Below are positions 49,870 through 60,987 of a stretch of DNA of 64,000 nucleotides, piece by piece; the first letter of the stretch is position 1; every line of letters begins with the position of its first letter. Origin of the DNA: Eledone cirrhosa (lineage: Eukaryota); NCBI GenBank assembly GCA_964016885.1, contig OZ024744.1, positions 131,502,001 through 131,566,000 of the forward strand. The letters are read 5' to 3'. The position numbers and the translations under genes are program-made. Below the pieces are notes generated by a model. The model saw only the letters and a program-made list of their open reading frames with translations. It was not told the origin of the DNA and searched no databases.

Positions 49870-52800
49870 AAGTTAAGTTGGTGTTAAGTTAAGTGGTGGT
49901 TATGTTAAGTTGGGGTTAAGTTAAGTTGGGGTTAATTTAAATTGGGGTTAAGTTAACTTTGTGGTTAAGTTAAGTTGGGGTTAAGTTAAGTTGGGGTTGA
50001 GTTAAGTTGGGGTTGAGTGAAGTTGGGGTTAAGTTAAGTTGGGGTTAATTTAAGTTGGGGTTAAGTTAAGTCGGGGTTAAGTTAAGTTGGGGTTGAGTTA
50101 GGTTGGGGTTAATTTAAGTTGGGGCTAAGTTAATTTGTGGTTAAGTTAAGTTGGGGTTAAGTTGGGGTTAAGTTAAGTTGGGGTTGAGTTAAGGTGGGGT
50201 TGAGTTAATTTAGGGTTAAGTTAAGTTGGGGTTAAGTTAAGTTGGGTTTAAGTTAAGTTGGGGCTAAGTTAAGTTGGGGTTAAGTTAAGTTGGGGTTAAG
50301 TTAAGTTGGGGTTAAGTTAAGTTGGGGTTAATTTAAATTGGGGTTAAGTTAACTTTGTGGTTAAGTTAAGTTGGGGTTAAGTTAAGTTGGGGTAAGTTAA
50401 GTTGGGGTTAAGTTAAGTTGGGGTTAAGTTAAGTTGGGGTTGAGTTAAGTTGGGGTTGAGTGAAGTTGGGGTTAAGTTAAGTTGGGGTTAAGTTAAGTTG
50501 GCGTTAAGTTAAGTTGGGGTTGAGTTAAGTTGGGGTTGAGTTAATTTAGGGTTAAGTTAAGTTGGGGTTAAGTTAAGTTGGGTTTAATTTAAGTTGGGGT
50601 TAAATTAAGTTGGGGTTAAATTAAGTTGGGGTTAAGTTAAGTTGGGGGTAAGTTAAGTTGGGGTTAAGTTAAGTTGGGGTTCAGTTAAGTTGGGGTTAAG
50701 TTAAGTTTGGGTTAAGTTGGGGTTAAATTAAGTTGGGGTTAAGTTAAGTTGGGGTTTAGTTAAGTTGGAGTTAAGTTAAGTTGGGGTTAATTTAAGTTGG
50801 GGTTAAGTTAAGTTGGTGTTAAGTTAAGTGGTGGTTATGTTAAGTTGGGGTTAAGTTAAGTTGGGGTTAATTTAAATTGGGGTTAAGTTAACTTTGTGGT
50901 TAAGTTAAGTTGGGGTTAAGTTAAGTTGGGGTTAAGTTAAGTTGGGGTTAAGTTAAGTTGGGGTTGAGTTAAGTTGGGGTTGAGTTAATTTAGGGTTAAG
51001 TTAAGTTGGGCTTAAGTTAAGTTGGGTTTAAGTTAAGTTGGGGTTAAATTAAGTTGGGGTTAAGTTAAGTTGGGGGTAAGTTAAGTTGGGGGCAAGTTAA
51101 GTTGGGGTTAAGTTAAGTTGGGGTTAAATTAAGTTGGGGTTAAGTTTAGTTGGTGTTAAGTTAAGTTGGGGTTTATTTAAGTTGGGGTTAATTAAGTTGG
51201 GGTTAAGTTAAGTTGGGGTTAAGTTAAGTTGGGGTTAATTTAAGTTGGGGTTGAGTTAAGTTGGGGTTAAGTTAAGTTGGGTTTATATTAAGTTGGGGTT
51301 AAGTTAAGTTGGGGTTAAGTTAAGTTGGGGTTCAGTTAAGTTGCGGTTAAGTTAAGTTGGGGTTAAGTTAAGTTGGGGTTAAGTTAAGTTGGGGTTAAGT
51401 TAAGTTGGTGTTAAGTTAAGTTGGGGCTGAGTTAAGTTGGGGCTGAGTTAAGTTGGGGTTAAGTTAAGTTGGGGTTGAGTTAAGTTGGGGTTAAGTTAAG
51501 TTGGGGTTAAGTTAAGTTGGGGTTAAGTTAAGTTGGGTTTAAGTTAAGTTGGGGTTTAGTTAAGTTGGGGTTCAGTTAAGTTGGGGTTAAGTTAAGTTTG
51601 CGTTAAGTTGGGGTTAAATTAATTTGGGGTTAAGTTAAGTTGGGGTTTAGTTTAGTTGGGGTTAAGTTAAGTTGGGGTTAATTTAAGTTGGGGTTAAGTT
51701 AAGTTGCGGGTAATTTAAGTTGGGATTAAGTTAAGTTGGGGTTAAGTTAAGATGGGGTTAAGTTAAGTTGGGGTTAAGTTAAGTTGGGGTTAAGTTAAAT
51801 TGGGGGTAAGTTAAGTTGGGGGTAAGTTAAGTTGGGGGCAAGTTAAGTTGGGGTTCAGTTAAGTTGGGGTTAAATTAAGTTGGGGTTAAGTTTAGTTGGT
51901 GTTAAGTTAAGTTGGGGTTTATTTAAGTTGGGGTTAATTAAGTTGGGGTTAAGTTAAGTTGGGGTTAAGTTAAGTTGGGGTTTAGTTAAGTTGGGGTTCA
52001 GTTAAGTTGGGGTTAAGTTAAGTTTGGGTTAAGTTGGGGTTAAATTAATTTGGGGTTAAGTTAAGTTGGGGTTAAGTTAAGTTGGTGTTAAGTTAAGTGG
52101 TGGTTATGTTAAGTTGGGGTTAAGTTAAGTTGGGGTTAATTTAAATTGGGGTTAAGTTAACTTTGTGGTTAAGTTAAGTTGGGGTTAAGTTAAGTTGGGG
52201 TTGAGTTAAGTTGGGGTTGAGTGAAGTTGGGGTTAAGTTAAGTTGGGGTTAATTTAAGTTGGGGTTAAGTTAAGTCGGGGTTAAGTTAAGTTGGGGTTGA
52301 GTTAGGTTGGGGTTAATTTAAGTTGGGGCTAAGTTAATTTGTGGTTAAGTTAAGTTGGGGTTAAGTTGGGGTTAAGTTAAGTTGGGGTTGAGTTAAGGTG
52401 GGGTTGAGTTAATTTAGGGTTAAGTTAAGTTGGGGTTAAGTTAAGTTGGGTTTAAGTTAAGTTGGGGCTAAGTTAAGTTGGGGTTAAGTTAAGTTGGGGT
52501 TAAGTTAAGTTGGGGTTAAGTTAAGTTGGGGTTAATTTAAATTGGGGTTAAGTTAACTTTGTGGTTAAGTTAAGTTGGGGTTAAGTTAAGTTGGGGTAAG
52601 TTAAGTTGGGGTTAAGTTAAGTTGGGGTTAAGTTAAGTTGGGGTTGAGTTAAGTTGGGGTTGAGTGAAGTTGGGGTTAAGTTAAGTTGGGGTTAAGTTAA
52701 GTTGGCGTTAAGTTAAGTTGGGGTTGAGTTAAGTTGGGGTTAAGTTAATTTAGGGTTAAGTTAAGTTGGGGTTAAGTTAAGTTGGGTTTAAGTTAAGTTG

Positions 52801-54280
52801 GGGTTAAATTAAGTTGCGGTTAAATTAAGTTGGGGTTAAGTTAAGTTGGGGGTAAGTTAAGTTGGGGTTAAGTTAAGTTGGGGTTCAGTTAAGTTGGGGT
52901 TAAGTTAAGTTTGGGTTAAGTTGGGGTTAAATTAAGTTGGGGTTAAGTTAAGTTGGGGTTTAGTTAAGTTGGAGTTAAGTTAAGTTGGGGTTAATTTAAG
53001 TTGGGGTTAAGTTAAGTTGGTGTTAAGTTAAGTGGTGGTTATGTTAAGTTGGGGTTAAGTTAAGTTGGGGTTAATTTAAATTGGGGTTAAGTTAACTTTG
53101 TGGTTAAGTTAAGTTGGGGTTAAGTTAAGTTGGGGTTAAGTTAAGTTGGGGTTAAGTTAAGTTGGGGTTGAGTTAAGTTGGGGTTGAGTTAATTTAGGGT
53201 TAAGTTAAGTTGGGCTTAAGTTAAGTTGGGTTTAAGTTAAGTTGGGGTTAAATTAAGTTGGGGTTAAGTTAAGTTGGGGGTAAGTTAAGTTGGGGGCAAG
53301 TTAAGTTGGGGTTAAGTTAAGTTGGGGTTAAATTAAGTTGGGGTTAAGTTTAGTTGGTGTTAAGTTAAGTTGGGGTTTATTTAAGTTGGGGTTAATTAAG
53401 TTGGGGTTAAGTTAAGTTGGGGATAAGTTAAGTTGGGGTTAATTTAAGTTGGGGTTGAGTTAAGTTGGGGTTAAGTTAAGTTGGGTTTATATTAAGTTGG
53501 GGTTAAGTTAAGTTGGGGTTAAGTTAAGTTGGGGTTCAGTTAAGTTGCGGTTAAGTTAAGTTGGGGTTAAGTTAAGTTGGGGTTAAGTTAAGTTGGGGTT
53601 AAGTTAAGTTGGTGTTAAGTTAAGTTGGGGCTGAGTTAAGTTGGGGCTGAGTTAAGTTGGGGTTAAGTTAAGTTGGGGTTGAGTTAAGTTGGGGTTAAGT
53701 TAAGTTGGGGTTAAGTTAAGTTGGGGTTAAGTTAAGTTGGGTTTAAGTTAAGTTGGGGTTTAGTTAAGTTGGGGTTCAGTTAAGTTGGGGTTAAGTTAAG
53801 TTTGGGTTAAGTTGGGGTTAAATTAATTTGGGGTTAAGTTAAGTTGGGGTTTAGTTTAGTTGGGGTTAAGTTAAGTTGGGGTTAATTTAAGTTGGGGTTA
53901 AGTTAAGTTGCGGGTAATTTAAGTTGGGATTAAGTTAAGTTGGGGTTAAGTTAAGATGGGGTTAAGTTAAGTTGGGGTTAAGTTAAGTTGGGGTTAAGTT
54001 AAATTGGGGGTAAGTTAAGTTGGGGGTAAGTTAAGTTGGGGGCAAGTTAAGTTGGGGTTCAGTTAAGTTGGGGTTAAATTAAGTTGGGGTTAAGTTTAGT
54101 TGGTGTTAAGTTAAGTTGGGGTTTATTTAAGTTGGGGTTAATTAAGTTGGGGTTAAGTTAAGTTGGGGTTAAGTTAAGTTGGGGTTTAGTTAAGTTGGGG
54201 TTCAGTTAAGTTGGGGTTAAGTTAAGTTTGGGTTAAGTTGGGGTTAAATTAATTTGGGGTTAAGTTAAGTTGGGGTTTAG
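49870..54280 (+). repeat. Tandem duplication with a 2,204-bp period
   Basis: TTAGGTT at 50098/52302 and TGGGAT at 51721/53925, both offset 2,204. Confidence 0.82.
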
Positions 54281-55444
54281 TTTAGTTGGGGTTAAGTTAA
54301 GTTGGGGTTAATTTAAGTTGGGGTTAATTTAAGTTGCGGGTAATTTAAGTTGGGGTTAAGTTAAGTTGGGGTTAAGTTAGTTGGGGTTAAGTTAAGTTGG
54401 GGTTAAGTTAAGTTGGGGTTAAGTTATGTTGGGGGTAAGTTAAGTTGGGGGTAAGTTAAGTTGGGGTTAAGTTAAGTTGGGGTTAAGTTAAGTTAGGGTT
54501 AAGTTAAGTTGGGGTTAAGTTAAGTTGGGGTTAAGTTAAATTGGGGTTAAGTTAAGTTGGGGTTGAGTTAAGTTGGGGTTAAGTTAAGTTGGGGTTATGT
54601 TAAGTTGGGGTTAAGTTAAGTTGCGGTTAAGTTAAGTTGGGGTTAAGTTGGGGTTAAGTTAAGTGGTGGTTATGTTAAGTTGGGGTTAAGTTAAGTTGGG
54701 GTTAATTTAAATTGGGGTTAAGTTAACTTTGTGGTTAAGTTAAGTTGGGGCTAAATTAAGTTGGGGCCAAGTTAAGTTGGGGATAAGTTAAGTTGGGGTT
54801 CAGTTAAGTTGGGGTTAAGTTAAGTTTGGGTTAAGTTGGGGTTAAATTAAGTTGGGGTTAAGTTAAGTTGGGGTTTAGTTAAGTTGGGGTTAAGTTAAGT
54901 TGGGGTTAATTTAAGTTGGGGTTAAGTTAAGTGGTGGTTATGTTAAGTTGGGGTTAAGTTAAGTTGGGGTTAATTTAAATTGGGGTTAAGTTAAATTTGT
55001 GGTTAAGTTAAGTTGGGGTTAAGTTAAGTTGGGGTTAAGTTAAGTTGGGGTTCAGTTAAGTTGCGGTTAAGTTAAGTTGCGGTTAAGTTAAGTTGGGGTT
55101 AAGTTAAGTTGGGGTTAAGTTAAGTTGGGGTCAAGTTAAGCTGGGGTTAAGTTAAGTTGGGGTTAAGTTAAGTTGGTTAGTTAAGTTGAGTTTAAGTTAA
55201 GCTGGGGTTAATTTAAGTTGGGTTTAAGTTAAGTTGGGGTTAAGTTAAGTTGGGGTTAAGTTAAGTTGGGGTTAAGTTAATTTGGGGTTCAGTTAAGTTG
55301 GGGTTAAGTCAAGTTGGGGTTAAGTTGGGGTTAAATTAATTTGGGGTTAAGTTAAGTTGGGGTTAAGTTAAGTTGGGGTTAAGTTAAGTTGGGGTTAAGT
55401 TAAGTTGGGGTTAAGTTAATTTGTGGTTAAGTTAAGTTGGGGTT

Positions 55445-55870
55445 AACCCCAACTTCACTCAACCCCACCTTAACTCAACCCCAACTTAACTTAACCCCAA
55501 CTTCACTCAACCCCAACTTAACTTAACCCCAACTTCACTCAACCCCAACTTAACTCAACCCCAACTTAACTTAACCCCAACTTAACTTAACCCAAACTTA
55601 ACTTAACCCCGACTTAACTTAACTTCGACTTAACTTAATCCCAACTTAACTTAACCCAAACTTAACTTAACCCCAACTTAACTTAACCACAAATTAACTT
55701 AACCCCAACTTAAATTAACCCCAACTTAAATTAACCCCAACTTAACTTAACCCCAACTTAACTTAACCCCAACTTAACTCACACCCAACTTAACTTACCC
55801 CCAACTTAACTTAACCCCAACTTAGACTTAACCCAAACTTTACTTAACCCCAACTTAACTTAACCCCAAA
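55445..55870 (-). repeat. Inverted satellite block 15 (426 bp)
   Basis: Variants CTTAGACTT and AAACTTTAC; same junctions. Confidence 0.97.
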
Positions 55871-58800
55871 TTCGGGGTTAAGTTAAGTTGGGGTTAAGTT
55901 AAGTTAGGCTTAACTTAAGTTGGGGTTAAGTTAAGTTGGGGGTAAGTTAAGTTCTGGGTAAGTTAAGTTGGGGTTAAGTTAAGTTGGGGTTAAGTTGGGG
56001 TTAATTTAAGTTAGGGTTAAGTTAAGTTGGGGTTGAGTTAAGTTGGGGTTAAGTTAAGTTGGGGTTAAGTTAAGTTGGGGTCAAGTTAAGTTGGGGTTAA
56101 AATTAAGTTGGGGTTAAGTCAAGTTGGGGTTAAGTTAAGTTGGGGTTAATTTAGTTGGGGTTAAGTTAAGTTGGGGCTAAGTTAAGTTGGGGCTAAGTTA
56201 AGTTGGGGCTAAGTTAAGTTGGGGTTAAGTTAAGTTGGGGTTAAGTTAAGTTGGGGTTAATTTAAATTGGGGTTAAGTTAACTTTGTGGTTAAGTTAAGT
56301 TGGGGTTAAGTTAAGTTGGGGCTAAGTTAAGTTGGGGTTAAGTTAAGTTGGGGTTAAGTTAAGTTGGGGTTGAGTTAAGTTGGGGTTGAGTGAAGTTGGG
56401 GTTAATTTAAGTTGGGGTTAAATTAAGTTGGCGTTAAGTTAAGTTGGGGTTGAGTTAAGTTGGGGTTGAGTTAATTTAGGGTTAAGTTAAGTTGGGGTTA
56501 AGTTAAGTTGGGTTTAAGTTAAGTTGGGGTTAAATTAAGTTGGGGTTAAATTAAGTTGGGGTTAAGTTAAGTTGGGGTTTAGTTAAGTTGGAGTTAAGTT
56601 AAGTTGGGGTTAATTTAAGTTGGGGTTAAGTTAAGTTGGTGTTAAGTTAAGTGGTGGTTATGTTAAGTTGGGGTTAAGTTAAGTTGGGGTTAATTTAAAT
56701 TGGGGTTAAGTTAACTTTGTGGTTAAGTTAAGTTGGGGTTAAGTTAAGTTGGGGTTAAGTTAAGTTGGGGTTGAGTTAAGTTGGGGTTGAGTTAATTTAG
56801 GGTTAAGTTAAGTTGGGCTTAAGTTAAGTTGGGTTTAAGTTAAGTTGGGGTTAAATTAAGTTGGGGTTAAGTTAAGTTGGGGGTAAGTTAAGTTGGGGGC
56901 AAGTTAAGTTGGGGTTAAGTTAAGTTGGGGTTAAATTAAGTTGGGGTTAAGTTTAGTTGGTGTTAAGTTAAGTTGGGGTTTATTTAAGTTGGGGTTAATT
57001 AAGTTGGGGTTAAGTTAAGTTGGGGTTAAGTTAAGTTGGGGTTAATTTAAGTTGGGGTTGAGTTAAGTTGGGGTTAAGTTAAGTTGGGTTTATATTAAGT
57101 TGGGGTTAAGTTAAGTTGGGGTTAAGTTAAGTTGGGGTTCAGTTAAGTTGCGGTTAAGTTAAGTTGGGGTTAAGTTAAGTTGGGGTTAAGTTAAGTTGGG
57201 GTTAAGTTAAGTTGGGGTTAATTTAAGTTGGTGTTAAGTTAAGTTGGGGCTGAGTTAAGTTGGGGCTGAGTTAAGTTGGGGTTAAGTTAAGTTGGGGTTG
57301 AGTTAAGTTGGGGTTAAGTTAAGTTGGGGTTAAGTTAAGTTGGGGTTAAGTTAAGTTGGGTTTAAGTTAAATTGGGGTTTAGTTAAGTTGGGGTTCAGTT
57401 AAGTTGGGGTTAAGTTAAGTTTGGGTTAAGTTGGGGTTAAATTAATTTGGGGTTAAGTTAAGTTGGGGTTTAGTTTAGTTGGGGTTAAGTTAAGTTGGGG
57501 TTAATTTAAGTTGGGGTTAAGTTAAGTTGCGGGTAATTTAAGTTGGGATTAAGTTAAGTTGGGGTTAAGTTAAGATGGGGTTAAGTTAAGTTGGGGTTAA
57601 GTTAAGTTGGGGTTAAGTTAAATTGGGGGTAAGTTAAGTTGGGGGTAAGTTAAGTTGGGGGCAAGTTAAGTTGGGGTTCAGTTAAGTTGGGGTTAAATTA
57701 AGTTGGGGTTAAGTTTAGTTGGTGTTAAGTTAAGTTGGGGTTTATTTAAGTTGGGGTTAATTAAGTTGGGGTTAAGTTAAGTTGGGGTTAAGTTAAGTTG
57801 GGGTTTAGTTAAGTTGGGGTTCAGTTAAGTTGGGGTTAAGTTAAGTTTGGGTTAAGTTGGGGTTAAATTAATTTGGGGTTAAGTTAAGTTGGGGTTTAGT
57901 TTAGTTGGGGTTAATATAAGTTGCGGGTAATTTAAGTTGGGGTTAAGTTAAGTTGGGGTTAAGTTAGTTGGGGTTAAGTTAAGTTGGGGTTAAGTTAAGT
58001 TGGGGTTAAGTTATGTTGGGGGTAAGTTAAGTTGGGGGTAAGTTAAGTTGGGGTTAAGTTAAGTTGGGGTTAAGTTAAGTTAGGGTTAAGTTAAGTTGGG
58101 GTTAAGTTAAGTTGGGGTTAAGTTAAATTGGGGTTAAGTTAAGTTGGGGTTGAGTTAAGTTGGGGTTAAGTTAAGTTGGGGTTATGTTAAGTTGGGGTTA
58201 AGTTAAGTTGCGGTTAAGTTAAGTTGGGGTTAAGTTGGGGTTAAGTTAAGTGGTGGTTATGTTAAGTTGGGGTTAAGTTAAGTTGGGGTTAATTTAAATT
58301 GGGGTTAAGTTAACTTTGTGGTTAAGTTAAGTTGGGGCTAAATTATGTTGGGGCCAAGTTAAGTTGGGGCTAAGTTAAGTTGGGGTTCAGTTAAGTTGGG
58401 GTTAAGTTAAGTTTGGGTTAAGTTGGGGTTAAATTAAGTTGGGGTTAAATTAAGTTGGGGTTAAGTTTAGTTGGTGTTAAGTTAAGTTGGGGTTTATTTA
58501 AGTTGGGGTTAATTAAGTTGGGGTTAAGTTAAGTTGGGGTTAAGTTAAGTTGGGGTTAATTTAAGTTGGGGTTGAGTTAAGTTGGGGTTAAGTTAAGTTG
58601 GGTTTATATTAAGTTGGGGTTAAGTTAAGTTGGGGTTAAGTTAAGTTGGGGTTCAGTTAAGTTGCGGTTAAGTTAAGTTGGGGTTAAGTTAAGTTGGGGT
58701 TAAGTTAAGTTGGGGTTAAGTTAAGTTGGTGTTAAGTTAAGTTGGGGCTGAGTTAAGTTGGGGCTGAGTTAAGTTGGGGTTAAGTTAAGTTGGGGTTGAG

Positions 58801-60561
58801 TTAAGTTGGGGTTAAGTTAAGTTGGGGTTAAGTTAAGTTGGGGTTAAGTTAAGTTGGGTTTAAGTTAAGTTGGGGTTTAGTTAAGTTGGGGTTCAGTTAA
58901 GTTGGGGTTAAGTTAAGTTTGGGTTAAGTTGGGGTTAAATTAATTTGGGGTTAAGTTAAGTTGGGGTTTAGTTTAGTTGGGGTTAAGTTAAGTTGGGGTT
59001 AATTTAAGTTGGGGTTAAGTTAAGTTGCGGGTAATTTAAGTTGGGATTAAGTTAAGTTGGGGTTAAGTTAAGATGGGGTTAAGTTAAGTTGGGGTTAAGT
59101 TAAGTTGGGGTTAAGTTAAATTGGGGGTAAGTTAAGTTGGGGGTAAGTTAAGTTGGGGGCAAGTTAAGTTGGGGTTCAGTTAAGTTGGGGTTAAATTAAG
59201 TTGGGGTTAAGTTTAGTTGGTGTTAAGTTAAGTTGGGGTTTATTTAAGTTGGGGTTAATTAAGTTGGGGTTAAGTTAAGTTGGGGTTAAGTTAAGTTGGG
59301 GTTTAGTTAAGTTGGGGTTCAGTTAAGTTGGGGTTAAGTTAAGTTTGGGTTAAGTTGGGGTTAAATTAATTTGGGGTTAAGTTAAGTTGGGGTTTAGTTT
59401 AGTTGGGGTTAAGTTAAGTTGGGGTTAATTTAAGTTGGGGTTAATTTAAGTTGCGGGTAATTTAAGTTGGGGTTAAGTTAAGTTGGGGTTAAGTTAGTTG
59501 GGGTTAAGTTAAGTTGGGGTTAAGTTAAGTTGGGGTTAAGTTATGTTGGGGGTAAGTTAAGTTGGGGGTAAGTTAAGTTGGGGTTAAGTTAAGTTGGGGT
59601 TAAGTTAAGTTAGGGTTAAGTTAAGTTGGGGTTAAGTTAAGTTGGGGTTAAGTTAAATTGGGGTTAAGTTAAGTTGGGGTTGAGTTAAGTTGGGGTTAAG
59701 TTAAGTTGGGGTTATGTTAAGTTGGGGTTAAGTTAAGTTGCGGTTAAGTTAAGTTGGGGTTAAGTTGGGGTTAAGTTAAGTGGTGGTTATGTTAAGTTGG
59801 GGTTAAGTTAAGTTGGGGTTAATTTAAATTGGGGTTAAGTTAACTTTGTGGTTAAGTTAAGTTGGGGCTAAATTAAGTTGGGGCCAAGTTAAGTTGGGGC
59901 TAAGTTAAGTTGGGGTTCAGTTAAGTTGGGGTTAAGTTAAGTTTGGGTTAAGTTGGGGTTAAATTAAGTTGGGGTTAAGTTAAGTTGGGGTTTAGTTAAG
60001 TTGGGGTTAAGTTAAGTTGGGGTTAATTTAAGTTGGGGTTAAGTTAAGTGGTGGTTATGTTAAGTTGGGGTTAAGTTAAGTTGGGGTTAATTTACATTGG
60101 GGTTAAGTTAACTTTGTGGTTAAGTTAAGTTGGGGTTAAGTTAAGTTGGGGTTAAGTTAAGTTGGGGTTCAGTTAAGTTGCGGTTAAGTTAAGTTGCGGT
60201 TAAGTTAAGTTGGGGTTAAGTTAAGTTGGGGTTAAGTTAAGTTGGGGTCAAGTTAAGCTGGGGTTAAGTTAAGTTGGGGTTAAGTTAAGTTGGTTAGTTA
60301 AGTTGAGTTTAAGTTAAGCTGGGGTTAATTTAAGTTGGGTTTAAGTTAAGTTGGGGTTAAGTTAAGTTGGGGTTAAGTTAAGTTGGGGTTAAGTTAATTT
60401 GGGGTTCAGTTAAGTTGGGGTTAAGTCAAGTTGGGGTTAAGTTGGGGTTAAATTAATTTGGGGTTAAGTTAAGTTGGGGTTAAGTTAAGTTGGGGTTAAG
60501 TTAAGTTGGGGTTAAGTTAAGTTGGGGTTAAGTTAATTTGTGGTTAAGTTAAGTTGGGGTT

Positions 60562-60987
60562 AACCCCAACTTCACTCAACCCCACCTTAACTCAACCCCA
60601 ACTTAACTTAACCCCAACTTCACTCAACCCCAACTTAACTTAACCCCAACTTCACTCAACCCCAACTTAACTCAACCCCAACTTAACTTAACCCCAACTT
60701 AACTTAACCCTAACTTAACTTAACCCCGACTTAATTTAACTTCGACTTAACTTAATCCCAACTTAACTTAACCCCAACTTAACTTAACCCCAACTTAACT
60801 TAACCACAAATTAACTTAACCCCAACTTAAATTAACCCCAACTTAAATTAACCCCAACTTAACTTAACCCCAACTTAACTTAACCCCAACTTAACTCACA
60901 CCCAACTTAACTTACCCCCAACTTAACTTAACCCCAACTTAGACTTAACCCAAACTTTACTTAACCCCAACTTAACTTAACCCCAAA
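60562..60987 (-). repeat. Inverted satellite block 16 (426 bp; counterpart of block 15)
   Basis: Same CTTAGACTT and AAACTTTAC variants; offset 5,117. Confidence 0.97.

Larger units (their letters stand above)
28320..51612 (+). repeat. Downstream copy (~23.3 kb) of the large tandem duplication unit, with an extra 4,833-bp segment (~39458-44290)
   Basis: Same marker pairs as the upstream copy. The offset jumps from 18,524 to 23,357 at the ACTTTGTGG motif (20934 vs 39458 and 44291). Confidence 0.88.
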
